Shown here: positions 38,701 through 49,549 of the stretch, in pieces
Layout: every line of letters starts with the position of its first letter
Position numbering within the stretch: position 1 is the first letter of the stretch
Assembly (NCBI RefSeq): GCF_048593235.1
Contig: NC_133618.1
Coordinates: 683,190,361-683,254,360, forward strand
Direction: 5' to 3'
Length of the DNA stretch: 64,000 nucleotides
From: Sminthopsis crassicaudata
Taxonomy: Eukaryota
Position numbers and translations under genes: made by a program
The notes under the pieces: generated by a model
The model's database searches: none
Told to the model about the DNA's origin: nothing
The model's input: the letters and a program-made list of their open reading frames with translations, nothing else

Positions 38701-40359
38701 AGACCGGAAGCAGGAAGAGTTCTGGGCAAAAAGGTGACCCTAGGGAAGGGGCCGGCTGGCGGACGACCCCCAAGAGGCTCCTCTCCCTGCCCAAGGCCGG
38801 CTTCCCTCCCCCGGGCCTGGTCCTTCCTGCGCTCTCGCCCCCTCGGGGGCGCCCTCCCAGCTATCGGGGCCACAGGCCCCTCTCCCTCCTCCCTCCGCGG
38901 TTAAGCTTTCTGCCAGCTGCCCTCGCCGGCCAGGACGCGCCCGCGGCCCCATTCTCGGGGCTCCCAGGGAGGAGCCGCACAGAGACCGAGCCCACCTGCT
39001 GCAAGCTGGGGCCGGTGGCCACGCTGCCCAGCTGCTTGCGCAGCTCCTCCAGCTCCTGCATGGAGATCTTGGACGCCGCCGCGGGGACGCTGAAGTGGGG
39101 GCCGCTGCTCGCGGCCGCGCCGGCGGCCAGCTCGGCCCGCTCCTTGGCGTTCTGCTGCAGGTACTGCAGCGTCTGAAACACCGGCACGCCGTCGGGCCCC
39201 GGTGATTTCCGATGGGCCCGCCGCCCACGGGAAAAGGGGGGTCGGGGCCGCCCGCGCTCCCGCAGGGAGGACGCCCCCCGTCTCCCACACGCGGGGGAGC
39301 CCGGGCGCAGACGGGGAGGGCGCGCCCTGCTGGGGGGCCGGGGTCTCCTGCCCTGCGCCCACGCCCCGGGGAGCCGGGCTGTCCCGAGGCCGCTACCTCT
39401 CTGTCCTCCGTGAGCTTCGCCAGGAGGTAGACCAGGGGGTCGAGGTTCCGGGCGTTCTTCGATTTCAGCTCATCGTACTTTTTCAGGAAATCCTCGGGAG
39501 TCCGGGAAAATTCTGCTATTTTAACCTGGGGGCACGGCAGCCGTCAGCGCCGCCCAAAGGGAGCCGGTCCAGACCCACAGAGGCCACTTGGTGAGCGCTA
39601 GAGGGAAGCTGGCGGAGCTCGGGTCTCTGCCGGGCCAGCGCGGACGGAGACCCGGGCCCCGGGGCAGCGCCGACAGCGGGGGGGCTCCGGCTTCCCAAAG
39701 CCTGGGGGGTCTCACCTCACCACAGCCCTTGGGGGAGTGGGGGGGACCTCGAACCCAGGGCTTCCAGCCCCCCTCCCCCACAGCTGCCTTTCTTCAGAGG
39801 GGTTACAGAGGACCCAAGGCTGGGCGCCGTGAGAAGTGCCAGGGCCTGATGGGGGGCAGGGCCCGAGGGCCGGTGGGGGGCAGGGCCCTGGGGCCCGGTG
39901 GGGGGCAGGGCACTGTGGGCCCGGTGGGGGGCAGGGCCCTGTGAGCCTGATGGGGGGCAGGGCCCTGGGAGCCCGGTGGGGGGCAGGGCCCTCGGAGCCC
40001 GGTGGGGGGGGGGGGGGCAGGGCACTGGGAGCCCGGTGGGGGGGGGGGCAGGGCACTGGGAGCCCGGTGGGGGGCAGGGCACTGGGGCCCGGTGGGGGGC
40101 AGGGCACTGTGAGCCTGATGGGGGGCAGGGCCTGAGGGCCGGTGGGGGGCAGGGCCCTGGGGCCCGGTGGGGGGCAGGGCCCTGGGGCCCGGTGGGGGGC
40201 AGGGCCCACCTTGGCGCTGTGCGCGGACACGGTGGTGGTGACGTAGGGGGTCCGGTTCTTCTGCAGCAGGTCGATGTAGACCTCGGCCCCGTCGCCCCCA
40301 TGCACGCGCAGCAGGCTCAGCAGCTCGTTCACGTCGTGGTGAATCCGGAACTCGCTCAT
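32739..40359 (-). CDS. TUBGCP2: gamma-tubulin complex component 2, 897 aa, 17 coding exons
   Basis: GT-AG exons with consistent phases: 40210-40359, 39397-39525, 38996-39172, 38305-38464, 37694-37901, 36930-37129, 36415-36604, 36169-36314, 35310-35490, 34957-35137, 34612-34784, 34247-34375, 33970-34090, 33742-33885, 33522-33650, 33241-33404, 32739-32850 (2694 nt); translation MSEFRIHHDVNELLSLLRVHGG...LDFNGFYTERLERLSAE matches GCP2. Confidence 0.98.
39840..40205. repeat. G-rich ~25-bp minisatellite in the intron after the first TUBGCP2 coding exon
   Basis: unit ggggcccggtggggggcagggccct with variants; abuts the donor at 40209. Confidence 0.9.
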
Positions 40360-40779
40360 GGCTGAGCTGAGGGAGAACTCCAGGAACGTTTGTGAAGGGG
40401 GGCTGAGGGTTCTGGGCTCCGGGCGCTTCCAGGAAGCGGCCCAGACAACCCTCCCCCACAAGGCGCCCCCAAAGGAGCCTCGGAAGGGGCCGCAGGACCC
40501 CGAGGTCCGAGGGAGCTGGGGCTGCCCCGGGAGGGAGGGAGGCGCTGTCCGCGGTCCTGGAGGAGCTGTCCAGGGTCCGAGGGAGGGGGAGGAGGAGGAG
40601 GAGCTGCCCTGGCGGGGAGGGGAAAGAGGAGGGGCCGGCGGCCTCCCGTGTCCCAGCGGGGATTCCGTCCGGCCCGGCTAGCGCGCGCCAGGGACTGGGG
40701 GGCGGGGCAGGGAAAGAGCGTCTCCAGCCCCGTTCCGAGGCCGCCGATCCCGGGGCCACAGACACCGAACTAATTTAGG

Positions 40780-41045
40780 GCGCGAGACCGGAAGTTCTCC
40801 AGCGCTTACCGGCACGCGGGACAGAGACGCTCCGACCCGGACCCGCCCGCGGGGGGAGGGGGGGTCCTCTCCTCACTCACCCGGCCGCGGCGCTCCCTTC
40901 TAGTGCCGGTCGGCTCCCGCCTCCGGCTCAGGCACGACCCGGAAGTTGTTCTTGGGCCGGAAGTGACATCACGAGCCTTTCCCTCCCGCCTCCGGGCTCC
41001 GACCCGCCCGGAGGCACAGTTGGGGGGGGAAAAAAGTACAGAAAA
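40780..41045. promoter_or_regulatory. bidirectional TUBGCP2/ZNF511 promoter, including the TUBGCP2 non-coding exon 1
   Basis: three ETS/GABP-type CCGGAAGT motifs (40788-40795, 40939-40946, 40957-40964); minus-strand gtaag donor at 40805-40809; head-to-head genes. Confidence 0.8.
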
Positions 41046-44000
41046 ATGGAGCGGCCCCCGGGGCTGCTGATCCTCCCAGGCCCAGGCTCGGCCTGGCGAT
41101 ATCCTCCGGGTCACCCCCTCCCCCCCAGCTACCCGTGCTTCACCTGGCTGCCGTGGCCACCCCTTCCCGCTTCGTGCCTCCGAGCCCCGAGCCTACGCTG
41201 GGACAGCGACTGTTTGAGGTCACGTGGTTTCAGAGCTGGGCTAGGCTGAGGGGCGGGATCTGGGGCGGGCACTAAAGTGAGATGGGCAGAGTTTGAAGTG
41301 AAACTAAGGCAACGGTGGAGCCTTGGCTTGAGACTTAGGCAGAGAGGCGGGAACTAATCGTTGAGAGACAGGTGGAAAGGAGAGGTCTGTGGTGAGAGAC
41401 AGGCGGAGAGGCGGGGCCTACGGTGAGAGACAGGTGGAGAGGCGAGGTCTGTGGTGAGAGACAGGCAGAGAGGTGGGGCCTACGGTGAGAGACTAGGCGG
41501 AGAGGGGAGGTCTGTGGTGAGAGACAGGCGGAGAGGCGGGGCCTACGGTGAGAGACAGGCAGCGGGGCGGGTTTATGGTGAGAGACAGGTGGAGAGGCGG
41601 GGCCTACCGTGAGAGACAGGCAGCTGGGCGGGTTTATGGTGAGGGACAGGCGGGGAGGCGGGGCCTACGGTGAGAGACAGGCCGCGGGGCGGGTTTATGG
41701 TGAGAGACAGGCAGAGAGGCGGGGCCTACGGTGAGAGACAGGCAGCGGGGCGGGCTTATGGTGAGGAAAAAGCGGGGAGGCGGAGTGTGCGGGCAGACTG
41801 CGGCGAAGAGGCGGGGTTTGCGGGCAGACTGAGGCGGAGAGGCGGGGTCTGCGGCCAGACTGAGGCGGAGAGGCGGGGTTTGCGGGGGGTGGGCAGGGTG
41901 TGGGAGGTAAGAAAAAGGTTCGTCTGAGAAAAAGGTTCGTCATCGTCGCGGTGATCGGGGCTCGGTCCGCATCGCTGGTCGCGCCCTCCTCGGCCCTGCG
42001 CTTTCCAGGATGGGGACCCTACGAGACACTCTGAGCACCCGAAGGTTGTCTCGGCGTCCGCCCGGGGAGGGGAAGCCGCGCGGGGTCCGGCTCCTCGGGC
42101 TCCGCCGCGGCTCGCGGCGGGTCCGCGGAGGGTCTGGGCGATGGGCGGCGGAGGGGCGGCCGATGAGCCGGCGGGCGGCGGGAGGAGACGGGGCTAGCGA
42201 GCGGCTCTCCCCGCAGGGTGCCCGCCTACTGCTGCCACATCGGAGGCTGCGACCGGGTGTTCGACTCCCTGCCGGGCTACGTGCGTCACTACCAGACGCT
42301 GCACCAGAACGCGTGCTCCTTCTGCCGCCGCTCGTTCCCCTCGGACCAGCTGCTGGACATCCACCTCCTGGAGCGCCACGGCACCGTGCCGTCCTCGCCC
42401 ACCCGGGCGGCGGCCGCGCGCGAGCGCCGCCCCATCCCCTTCTACTACCAGTGCCCGGTGTGGGGCTGCACCGACAAGTTCATGAGCCCCGAGGAGCAGA
42501 CGGACCATCTGATCCGCATCCACCACTACCCCGCCCATCTCTGGTTCGACTCGCCCCCCGACAACCAGAGGTAGGGGGGCGGGCGACCCCTGGGGCAGTG
42601 CGCAGAGCAGCCCGGAGACCGTTCGGGGAGCGGGAGAGGAGGGAGGTGGTCGGCTATTATGGGGGATCCGAGGGGGGGAGCGGGAGAGGGTGGGGGCGGG
42701 GAGGACGGGAGGTGGTCGTCCTCGCTGGGATAAATAGGGGGTGGGGTAGCGCAGGGAGGCGGTCGATCATTATTGGGGACGGATGGAGAGCGGAGAAAGG
42801 ACGCCCATCGTTCTGGGGACGGATGGAAGCGGGAGAGGAGGGATGTCGATCATTATCGGACGGACGGGGAAGGGGGAGTGCGGAGAGGAGGGGGAGGCTG
42901 ATCACTGCGGGGATAGATGAGGTGGGGGAAAGAGGAGGGAGGGAGGAGGGGCGGAGGCCGAGCAGAGCCGGAGGGGGCGGGGGCGACGAGGAGAGCGAGG
43001 GGAGGGGGGGTCGATGGGGAGGGGTGGGGGGGAGGGGCGGGGAGGGGCGGCGGACATCCGGGCCCGAGCTCGTTCGGAGGACGCCAGAGGGGCGTCATCG
43101 GTGAGGGGGGGGCTGCAGGGCTCTCACGCCCCAGTCCCTCTCCTCTGCAGTTCCGGCCAGCAGGGCTCTGCATCCTCGGCCTCGGCCTCCGCGGGGTCCG
43201 CCTCCGAGGCTTCTGCTAAGGAATCGGCCTCCGCCTCCGCGTCCGCATCCGCGGCCTCCGCCGCGGCGGCCTCCGCCCCCCAGGGCGCTGGGGTGGGAGG
43301 AGGAGCAGGCGGGGACAGTGGCCAGGAGCCGGAGGAGGCCATGGAGGAGACCGTGGAGGAGGAGGCTGAGGAGGAGCCGGTGGACGAGACTGAGGACGAA
43401 CCGGACGAGGAGCCCATGGGGGAGGAGGACATGGGGGAGGACGAGGAGGACCCCGAGTCGGAGGCTGGCAGCGACCCCGAGCCCCCTGAGGATGACATCT
43501 CCAGCCTCAGGTCAGCCGCCCGGGAGAGCGGAGTGGGACGGCCGGACACTCCCCGGCGGGAAGCCTTCTCACTGTTCCACACCCCCCACCCCGAGCCTGC
43601 GCTAGAGACACACTTAACAAAAGCGCCCACCCAGACGGGGAGGGGCCGCGGCTCCTCCAACCACACCTAGGGAGGGGGCCGGCTCCGGCCAGTAAAGGCA
43701 AACTGAGGCACACGGAGATCCCCCAGCCAGTCTGAGGGAACTTGCCCCCCCCCCCCCTTGGATCTCAGCACACGTTTCCCAGCCTTCCCCCTGCTTGGGG
43801 GCCGACTCTCTGGGGATAAAGCTTAGCTGCATCCGTGCTCAGGGAGGAGAGGGACGGCACCTTGGCCCCGGCTGGCCAGCGGAGGGCGTCTCCATGGCCC
43901 TGGCCGGGCGCTGGGAGGCCGGTGTTCCTTAGAGACCCTGCTTCCCCGCGCTTTCTCAGTGTAGAAGGGGCCCTGGGCAGGCTGAGGGCAAGGGGGGGGG

Positions 44001-44388
44001 GAACATGAGGGAGCAGGCTCAGCTGGCGGGCTCCTGCGGAGGAGGGTCTGTTCCCTCAGGGACGGAGACAAGGCCGGGCCCTCCTGAACGGGAGAACGGG
44101 GCACAGGTCTCAGGAGGGCAGTGGGAGCTCCCAGGCCTGGGAGGCCCACTGAGGCGGCAGAGAGCAGGACCGTGCCAGAGGCCCTCCCCGCCCTGGGCAG
44201 CCCCCGACTGGCACGAGCGCCATCTGGAGGGGGGGGGCAGGCCTCTAAGCCCCCGAGCCGTGGGCGAGGGGTCTCGAGTGTCACGCTCACCCCAGTCTGC
44301 TTTTCATTCCAGCGTCCCTGCACTTGCCTTTGGCCCCGGGGCGGCCGGCGGATTCGACAGTGCAGAGGAAAGTAACGAGGACCACTGA
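41046..44388 (+). CDS. ZNF511: divergent zinc finger protein 511, 332 aa, 5 coding exons
   Basis: exons 41046-41218, 42009-42044, 42217-42570, 43151-43510, 44313-44388 (999 nt, open); three C2H2-type fingers (CHIGGC..HYQTLH, CSFC..HLLERH, CPVWGC..HLIRIH) and terminal VPALAFGPGAAGGF match ZNF511; head-to-head with TUBGCP2 as in human. The first donor (gtcacg) is weak; the ATG at 42010 is an alternative start. Confidence 0.8.
41365..41880. repeat. 31-bp minisatellite (then a shorter ~27-30-bp variant) in ZNF511 intron 1
   Basis: unit ggtgagagacaggcggagaggcggggcctac, ~12-13 copies. Confidence 0.9.
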
Positions 44389-44805
44389 GCACCTACAGGG
44401 CTGGGCTGCCACCTGGGGTCACGAAGCAGGACCCCCTCCCCCCCACCCAGAAGCATGTTTTCTGGGCTTCGAGCAGCCCAGAGGTGCCTCCACCTACAAG
44501 GATTGGCCTGGGGGTGCTGCTTCCTTGGTCTGAACAGAGCCCCCAGGACATCGGGGCGGCCAAGCACCTCTCGGACCCGGCTGAGTCCAGCCCAGGCCTC
44601 TTCCCCTCCCCCCCTTGCTCACTCCTCCCCGGGAGTATCCCTCGTCTGTCTGTGTGTTTGTCTTGTCCGTCTGTGAAGCACAGGCCCCTGGTGTGCCCGC
44701 CAGGAACCCCGGGAGGACTCCCGAGGCTCTTGCCCGCAGCAGCTGCGCCTGCTCCGGGCCTTCCTGGGGACCTTCTAGGGACTGCTCCCCCACCCTGTGA
44801 CCCTA

Positions 44806-44811
44806 AATAAA
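44806..44811 (+). terminator. ZNF511: ZNF511 polyadenylation signal AATAAA
   Basis: AATAAA ~420 nt after the stop, followed by a GT-rich stretch. Confidence 0.65.
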
Positions 44812-45405
44812 GTCTGTGTAAGCAACCCTCCTGTGGTGGCCTCCATTTGTAAGCGCAGGGGGGGGGGGGCTTCTTCCCAGCATCCTCTTCTGAAAAGGCT
44901 CCAGGCCCACTCCCGGAGTCCAGCCCCTCCACTTCAGGGGCCTCTCATCCCTCCGCCCACGCTTGCTGCCCACAGCTGAGCCCACAGATTGGTTCTGGGA
45001 TCCCTTGGGGTCTGCCAGAACCAGCCATAGTCATTTACACGATCCCAATCCCAGCCCTTCTGGACCAAAGAATGGGGCTTCCCAGGCCCTGGGCCGAGTG
45101 GGGTGCACCAGTACAAGGGGAGTCCCTGCCTGCGAGGTGTTTCCTTGGGGGAGAAAATCCACGAAGGAAAGCCAAGGAGATGCGCAGGACGGGGCTCCTT
45201 GGGAGGTTCTGGGAGGGCCTGGCCGAAGCAGGAGAGGGGCACCCCAGTGGCAGGCAGCGTGCTCCAGCTCCGCTTCCTGTCTGCACCCACCTGGCCCCTG
45301 GGGGAGTCCGGGAGCCCTCTTCCTCTGGCGCCCCCCCAGAGGGGGCTGCTGCCTCCCCAGGGCTCCCTGCCCCTCCCGCCTCAGCATTTGGCCCAGCTGC
45401 TCACC

Positions 45406-45561
45406 ATGGTGACCTCAGGGGCCCTTCTCGGAGCTCTCTGCGGCCTTGGACTGGTCACTCTCCTCCTCTGGGTTCTTGGGCCCTGGACCCTCAGGGCTCG
45501 CACTCCCAGACACAATCACCATGTCTATGGGTGTCTCTGGGCAACCCCAGCCCACCTCTAG
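45406..45561 (+). other. candidate 51-aa single-pass or secreted microprotein ORF
   Basis: ACCATGG Kozak; MVTSGALLGALCGLGLVTLLLWVLGPWTLRARTPRHNHHVYGCLWATPAHL has a hydrophobic helix followed by basic residues; no homolog recognised. Confidence 0.2.
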
Positions 45562-47039
45562 TTCACCTGCTTTGCCCCTCCCTATCGCCTCTCACCTGGC
45601 CCGTGGCTCTTGTCTGCAGGGAGGGCTGGGCAAAGGGGCCCGAGCACAAAACCCCGTCTGCCCCCCCTTACCTGGCTCCTTGCCCAGCCCGTGTAGCGCC
45701 ACTGCCTCCCGTGGGTCACTCTGCCATTTGTCCCAGCCAGGGGAAAGCCCTGGAGGGCCAGCCGGGCCTGGGGCTGAGGGCAAGGAAGGTGGCTGGGTTT
45801 AATCCTCTTCCCTTGGGAGGTATCAGATCCTTCTGAAAGGGGAAAAGGAAAGTGGAAGGGGCCTTTCCCTTGGAATGGGAAGAGCTCCCAGAGTTTAGGT
45901 GGATCCCAGGCTGGGCCAGGCCCTTCCCGCTTTGCAAAGGTCGTTCCTGCCCTTAATCCTTTTGTTCCCTTTTGTTCGGGACCTAATCCACCTTGTAGGG
46001 AGGGGAAGTCCAGAAAGGCTTTTTACATTAAAAAACCCCTTTAGTTCTCAATATTTCTGGCTAAACTGAAAGGCAGGCTCTTCCATTCCTGTGACTGGCC
46101 ATTTGTAGCCCCCTTGGGATCCCCTTTGGTTCCTTCTGGCCTTCCTTTTCCAGTTGAGAAAACAAGCAAACGGGGTGACCTGACTTGCCCAAGGGTCCCA
46201 GGCCCCATCTCCATCCCCTCTGCCCGTGGCACTAGGGAGCAGCCTGGGAGGGGAGTTTAGGGTTTGCCTTCAAGTTCAGACAGGCCTTCAGGTCCCTCCA
46301 ATAGCCTTTGCCAGGAAAGCCTCCCCTAGGGTCATGGAGGGTCAGTCAATGGCTCCCCTGGTCCTACTCTCACCCCCCTTGACTGGCCCAGCATCTTTCC
46401 TCCTTTCTGCCCTTCACCTGCTCACTTCATTCCCCGCTCCGGGCCTTTCCCACGCCCTGCCTGGAAAGCTCCCCCCACCCCCAGCCTCCGGCCCCCCTTC
46501 TGCAAAAATCTTTCCCCCCTCCTCATGATCCCCAGTTGTTCCTGCCATCTTGTTTGTGGGTGGTTGTCCGAAAGCCGTCTCTCCTCATTCCATGGTGAGC
46601 ACCAAGGACATCATGGGTGCTTAATAAGTGCACGTTCTTCCTCCCCCGCCCCCACTGGAATTATCTGCCAGTTCTTTGCCTAACCCTCCAAAGCAGCTCT
46701 TGCATCTTTCTCTCCTCATCTCCTGCCCCAACTCCTTCTCTAGCCAAGGCGGTTCTGTCCTCCTCGAGCTCCCCCCTCCCCAAGCTGTCTTCCACATGGC
46801 AGGGCCCCGATTTCCCTAATGCTTACCGGCGGTCGCCTCCTCCTGGGACAGGGGTCAGACCTGCAGGTCTGTCCTCCTGCCAGGAAGGTAATGATATACA
46901 TTAGATGGCATAATAAGCCTCCCCAGCTTATCGGGAGCTTCCAAGGAGATAATGTTCCTCAAGGGCTTGGGCAAGCTCTAAGTCACTCTACAAGTAGCAG
47001 CCATGATTGCGTTTTTGTGGAAAGAGCTTCCCCATGTTC

Positions 47040-47530
47040 TAGTTCTGTAAGAAACGACCGGCAGGAGGGTTCCTGGGAGGCCCGGAGAGCCCTACAGGAA
47101 CCAGTGCTGAGGGCAGTGAGCCGAGCCAGGAGATCGTCGGACACAAGACCATGGCTCCCTTCCACACAATGAGAGGATTCAGACCAGGTCCAATGATCTC
47201 CCGATGGAGAGAGCACTGTGGGAGCGGAGTGTGGAGCACAACATGGCATTCTCGCTCTATCGGATGTTGTTCCCTTCGTTCTGTTTTCTTTCTCATTTTC
47301 TTTCCTTTTTGATCTGAGTTTTCTTGGGCAACAAGAGAACTGCATAAATACGTTTACACATATTGTATTTAACATATATTTTAGCATGTTTAGGTATATT
47401 AGCTTGCTGCCACCTGGGGAGGGGGTGGGGGGAAGGAGGGGAAAATCTGAAACCCAAGGCTAGGCAAGGTCAATGGTGTCAATGTATGCACGCATGTGTT
47501 TTGAAAATAAAAAGCTTTAATTAAAAAAGA
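47040..47530 (+). mobile_element. L1 3' UTR fragment, strongly GC-shifted at its 5' part
   Basis: aagaaacgaccggcaggagg...gccaggagatcgtc, then a typical L1 end (gaaaataaaaagctttaattaaaaaag). Confidence 0.75.
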
Positions 47531-48602
47531 AAGAAAGTTCTTCCCCACCTGGCTCCAGCACTCTTTCCAGGCTTATTGCACAGGACTTTCTTTTAAGCAG
47601 GCAAGTGGTGGCTAAATTGGCTTGCTGCTAGTCCTCCTCCATGCCCTTTAATTTCCCACCTCCATGCCTTTGCTTGAATGTCCTTCTACTTCTCCACTTC
47701 TTTTGGAAGGTAGCTGTCTTCGAAGCTGAGCTCGATGTCACTTCCTAGGAGATGACTGCCCCGATCCGTGGGGTTCCCTCCCCGCCAGCCACGGGAATGC
47801 CCCAGATCCCTGCTGGCTCTACATGCCACAGTCACTCATCTGGGAGCATGTTGCTCCTCGTGCCCTCACCCAACCTCCCTCCACAGAAGCTCATTGAAGG
47901 CTGAGCTCTTGTCTCTCTCCTTAGGGACAGGCTCACATCCCCAGAGGTTTCACATTAATTTTAAGAGTGACTCTTAAAGGTTTTTCTTTAAAAGAAGATG
48001 TTGTAATGTCTCTCATTTCAATCCTCTGAGAGTCATAGAAATATTCCTTATCGTCGTGTCACCATCAGCACGACGTCCTGGCCATTTGTGACTCCCCATT
48101 GCTCGTGACGGAAGCTTCCAACGTCCCTTGGGACCAAGCGAAGGGAACAAAGCTGGGACAGAACAAGCATTGCCAGGAGTGGATCCCACAGGGATGAGCA
48201 TTCGGCCCTCCCCGAGGAAAGGAGAAAGGCCGCCCTTCAAGCCCTGCTCATCTTTTCCCTGAAGTTGTCATGGGGACCCCCCACTTCCTGAGGTCCCCGC
48301 CTTCTCTGTTCATCCTTACAGCTCCACCCTGGGACTGTTCTGATGTAGTTTCTCTTATGCTTGATTTTTAAATTTTAGGTAACTGAAAGTCCACTTGCCT
48401 TTCCTAAGCTCCTCCTTGTGTTGACTTGAGGTTAAGCTGTGGAATCCAAAGAAAGGCCAAAAGCAGGGCCCCCGGCCTCAGGGAAATCAAGTCTGACGAT
48501 GAATTGTCCAAAATAGACGAGTTGGACAGATTGTTCAGTTATCCCTTTATATTTGCTTTCATCCCATTTCACTAGGGAAGGAAGAAGCCTTTACCGACCA
48601 CG

Positions 48603-49547
48603 TCTGTGTTAAAGTGGGGGGGGGGGGGGTCCAAAGAGATCTCCTCCACTTTTTTTTCTTGGGATTTTGCTGTTGTTGCTGACTCGTATATATAGTGTAA
48701 TAAACCTTTGCCCAAGCGGGCCTGTGGTGGAATAAGCTTAGGAGAAGAATCACTTCTTCTGGAGAAGCAGTTGGTCCCAGAGCTCATGAATTCAAAGAAC
48801 ACTTGGACTCTATTTGACCAAAACTGCTGGGGAAGTTGACGTTCCCCGCCGGGGTCAGCACTTCACAAATATCCTTTCTCTTCCAGGGCTACAAGATTCT
48901 TGCTCCTCATTTTCCACCTGGGAGCACTCATCCTAGTTCCATTTTGGACTTTGACCTCCCTGGGCCTAGCAGGGAGATCTTTGGGTCCCCAGTCTCCCAC
49001 AATAGTGTATCAACACCCCCTCCTCCTGCAGCCCTTCCCCCACAGACCATTTCTGTCATTTGCCATCTTTGTCAACTTGAGATGTGAGAACTGGTCCACA
49101 GAGATTTTAGTTGGGATTAGTGGTTCGAGGCTGTGGGTCTGACCCGTGGCTGTCCAGTTGAAATTCGGGTCCCATTTACGATCTGCTTCTCTTATCTGGT
49201 TAGGAATTGTCTCTCTGGCTCTAGCTCTGAGATGCATCTCCTGACTCTGTCTATTGAAACTCTTTATGATCTTTTAGCTCAAACATCTATTCGAATCTAT
49301 ATGGTGTGGAACCTCAAATGCTGGTCTAACCCTAGTTTCAGGTGACTTCCCGACAGTTTTGGTCAAATAGAGTCCAAGTGTTCTTTGAATTCATGAGCTC
49401 TGGGACCAACTGCTTCTCCTAAGTTTATTCCACCACAGGCCCGCTTGGGCAAAGGTTTATTACACTATATACGAGTCAGCAACAACAGCAAAATCCTAAG
49501 AAAAAAAAGTGGAGGAGATCTCTTTGGACCCCCTTGCTTTAGCACAG
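48603..49547. repeat. long inverted repeat: arms ~48603-48838 and ~49343-49547, spacer ~500 bp
   Basis: the reverse complement of 49343-49547 reproduces ccaaagagatctcctccac...gagctcatgaattcaaagaacacttggactctatttgaccaaaactg almost exactly; the left arm carries a 20-bp insertion. Confidence 0.92.
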
Positions 49548-49549
49548 CA

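Noticed and set aside
42010-43104. 364-aa Gly/Arg-rich ORF overlapping ZNF511, and similar ORFs in the CpG islands (e.g. 58070-59107, 31748-32983)
   Set aside because: Stop-poor GC-rich sequence read through introns or off-frame; only the first 12 codons of 42010 are used in the spliced model
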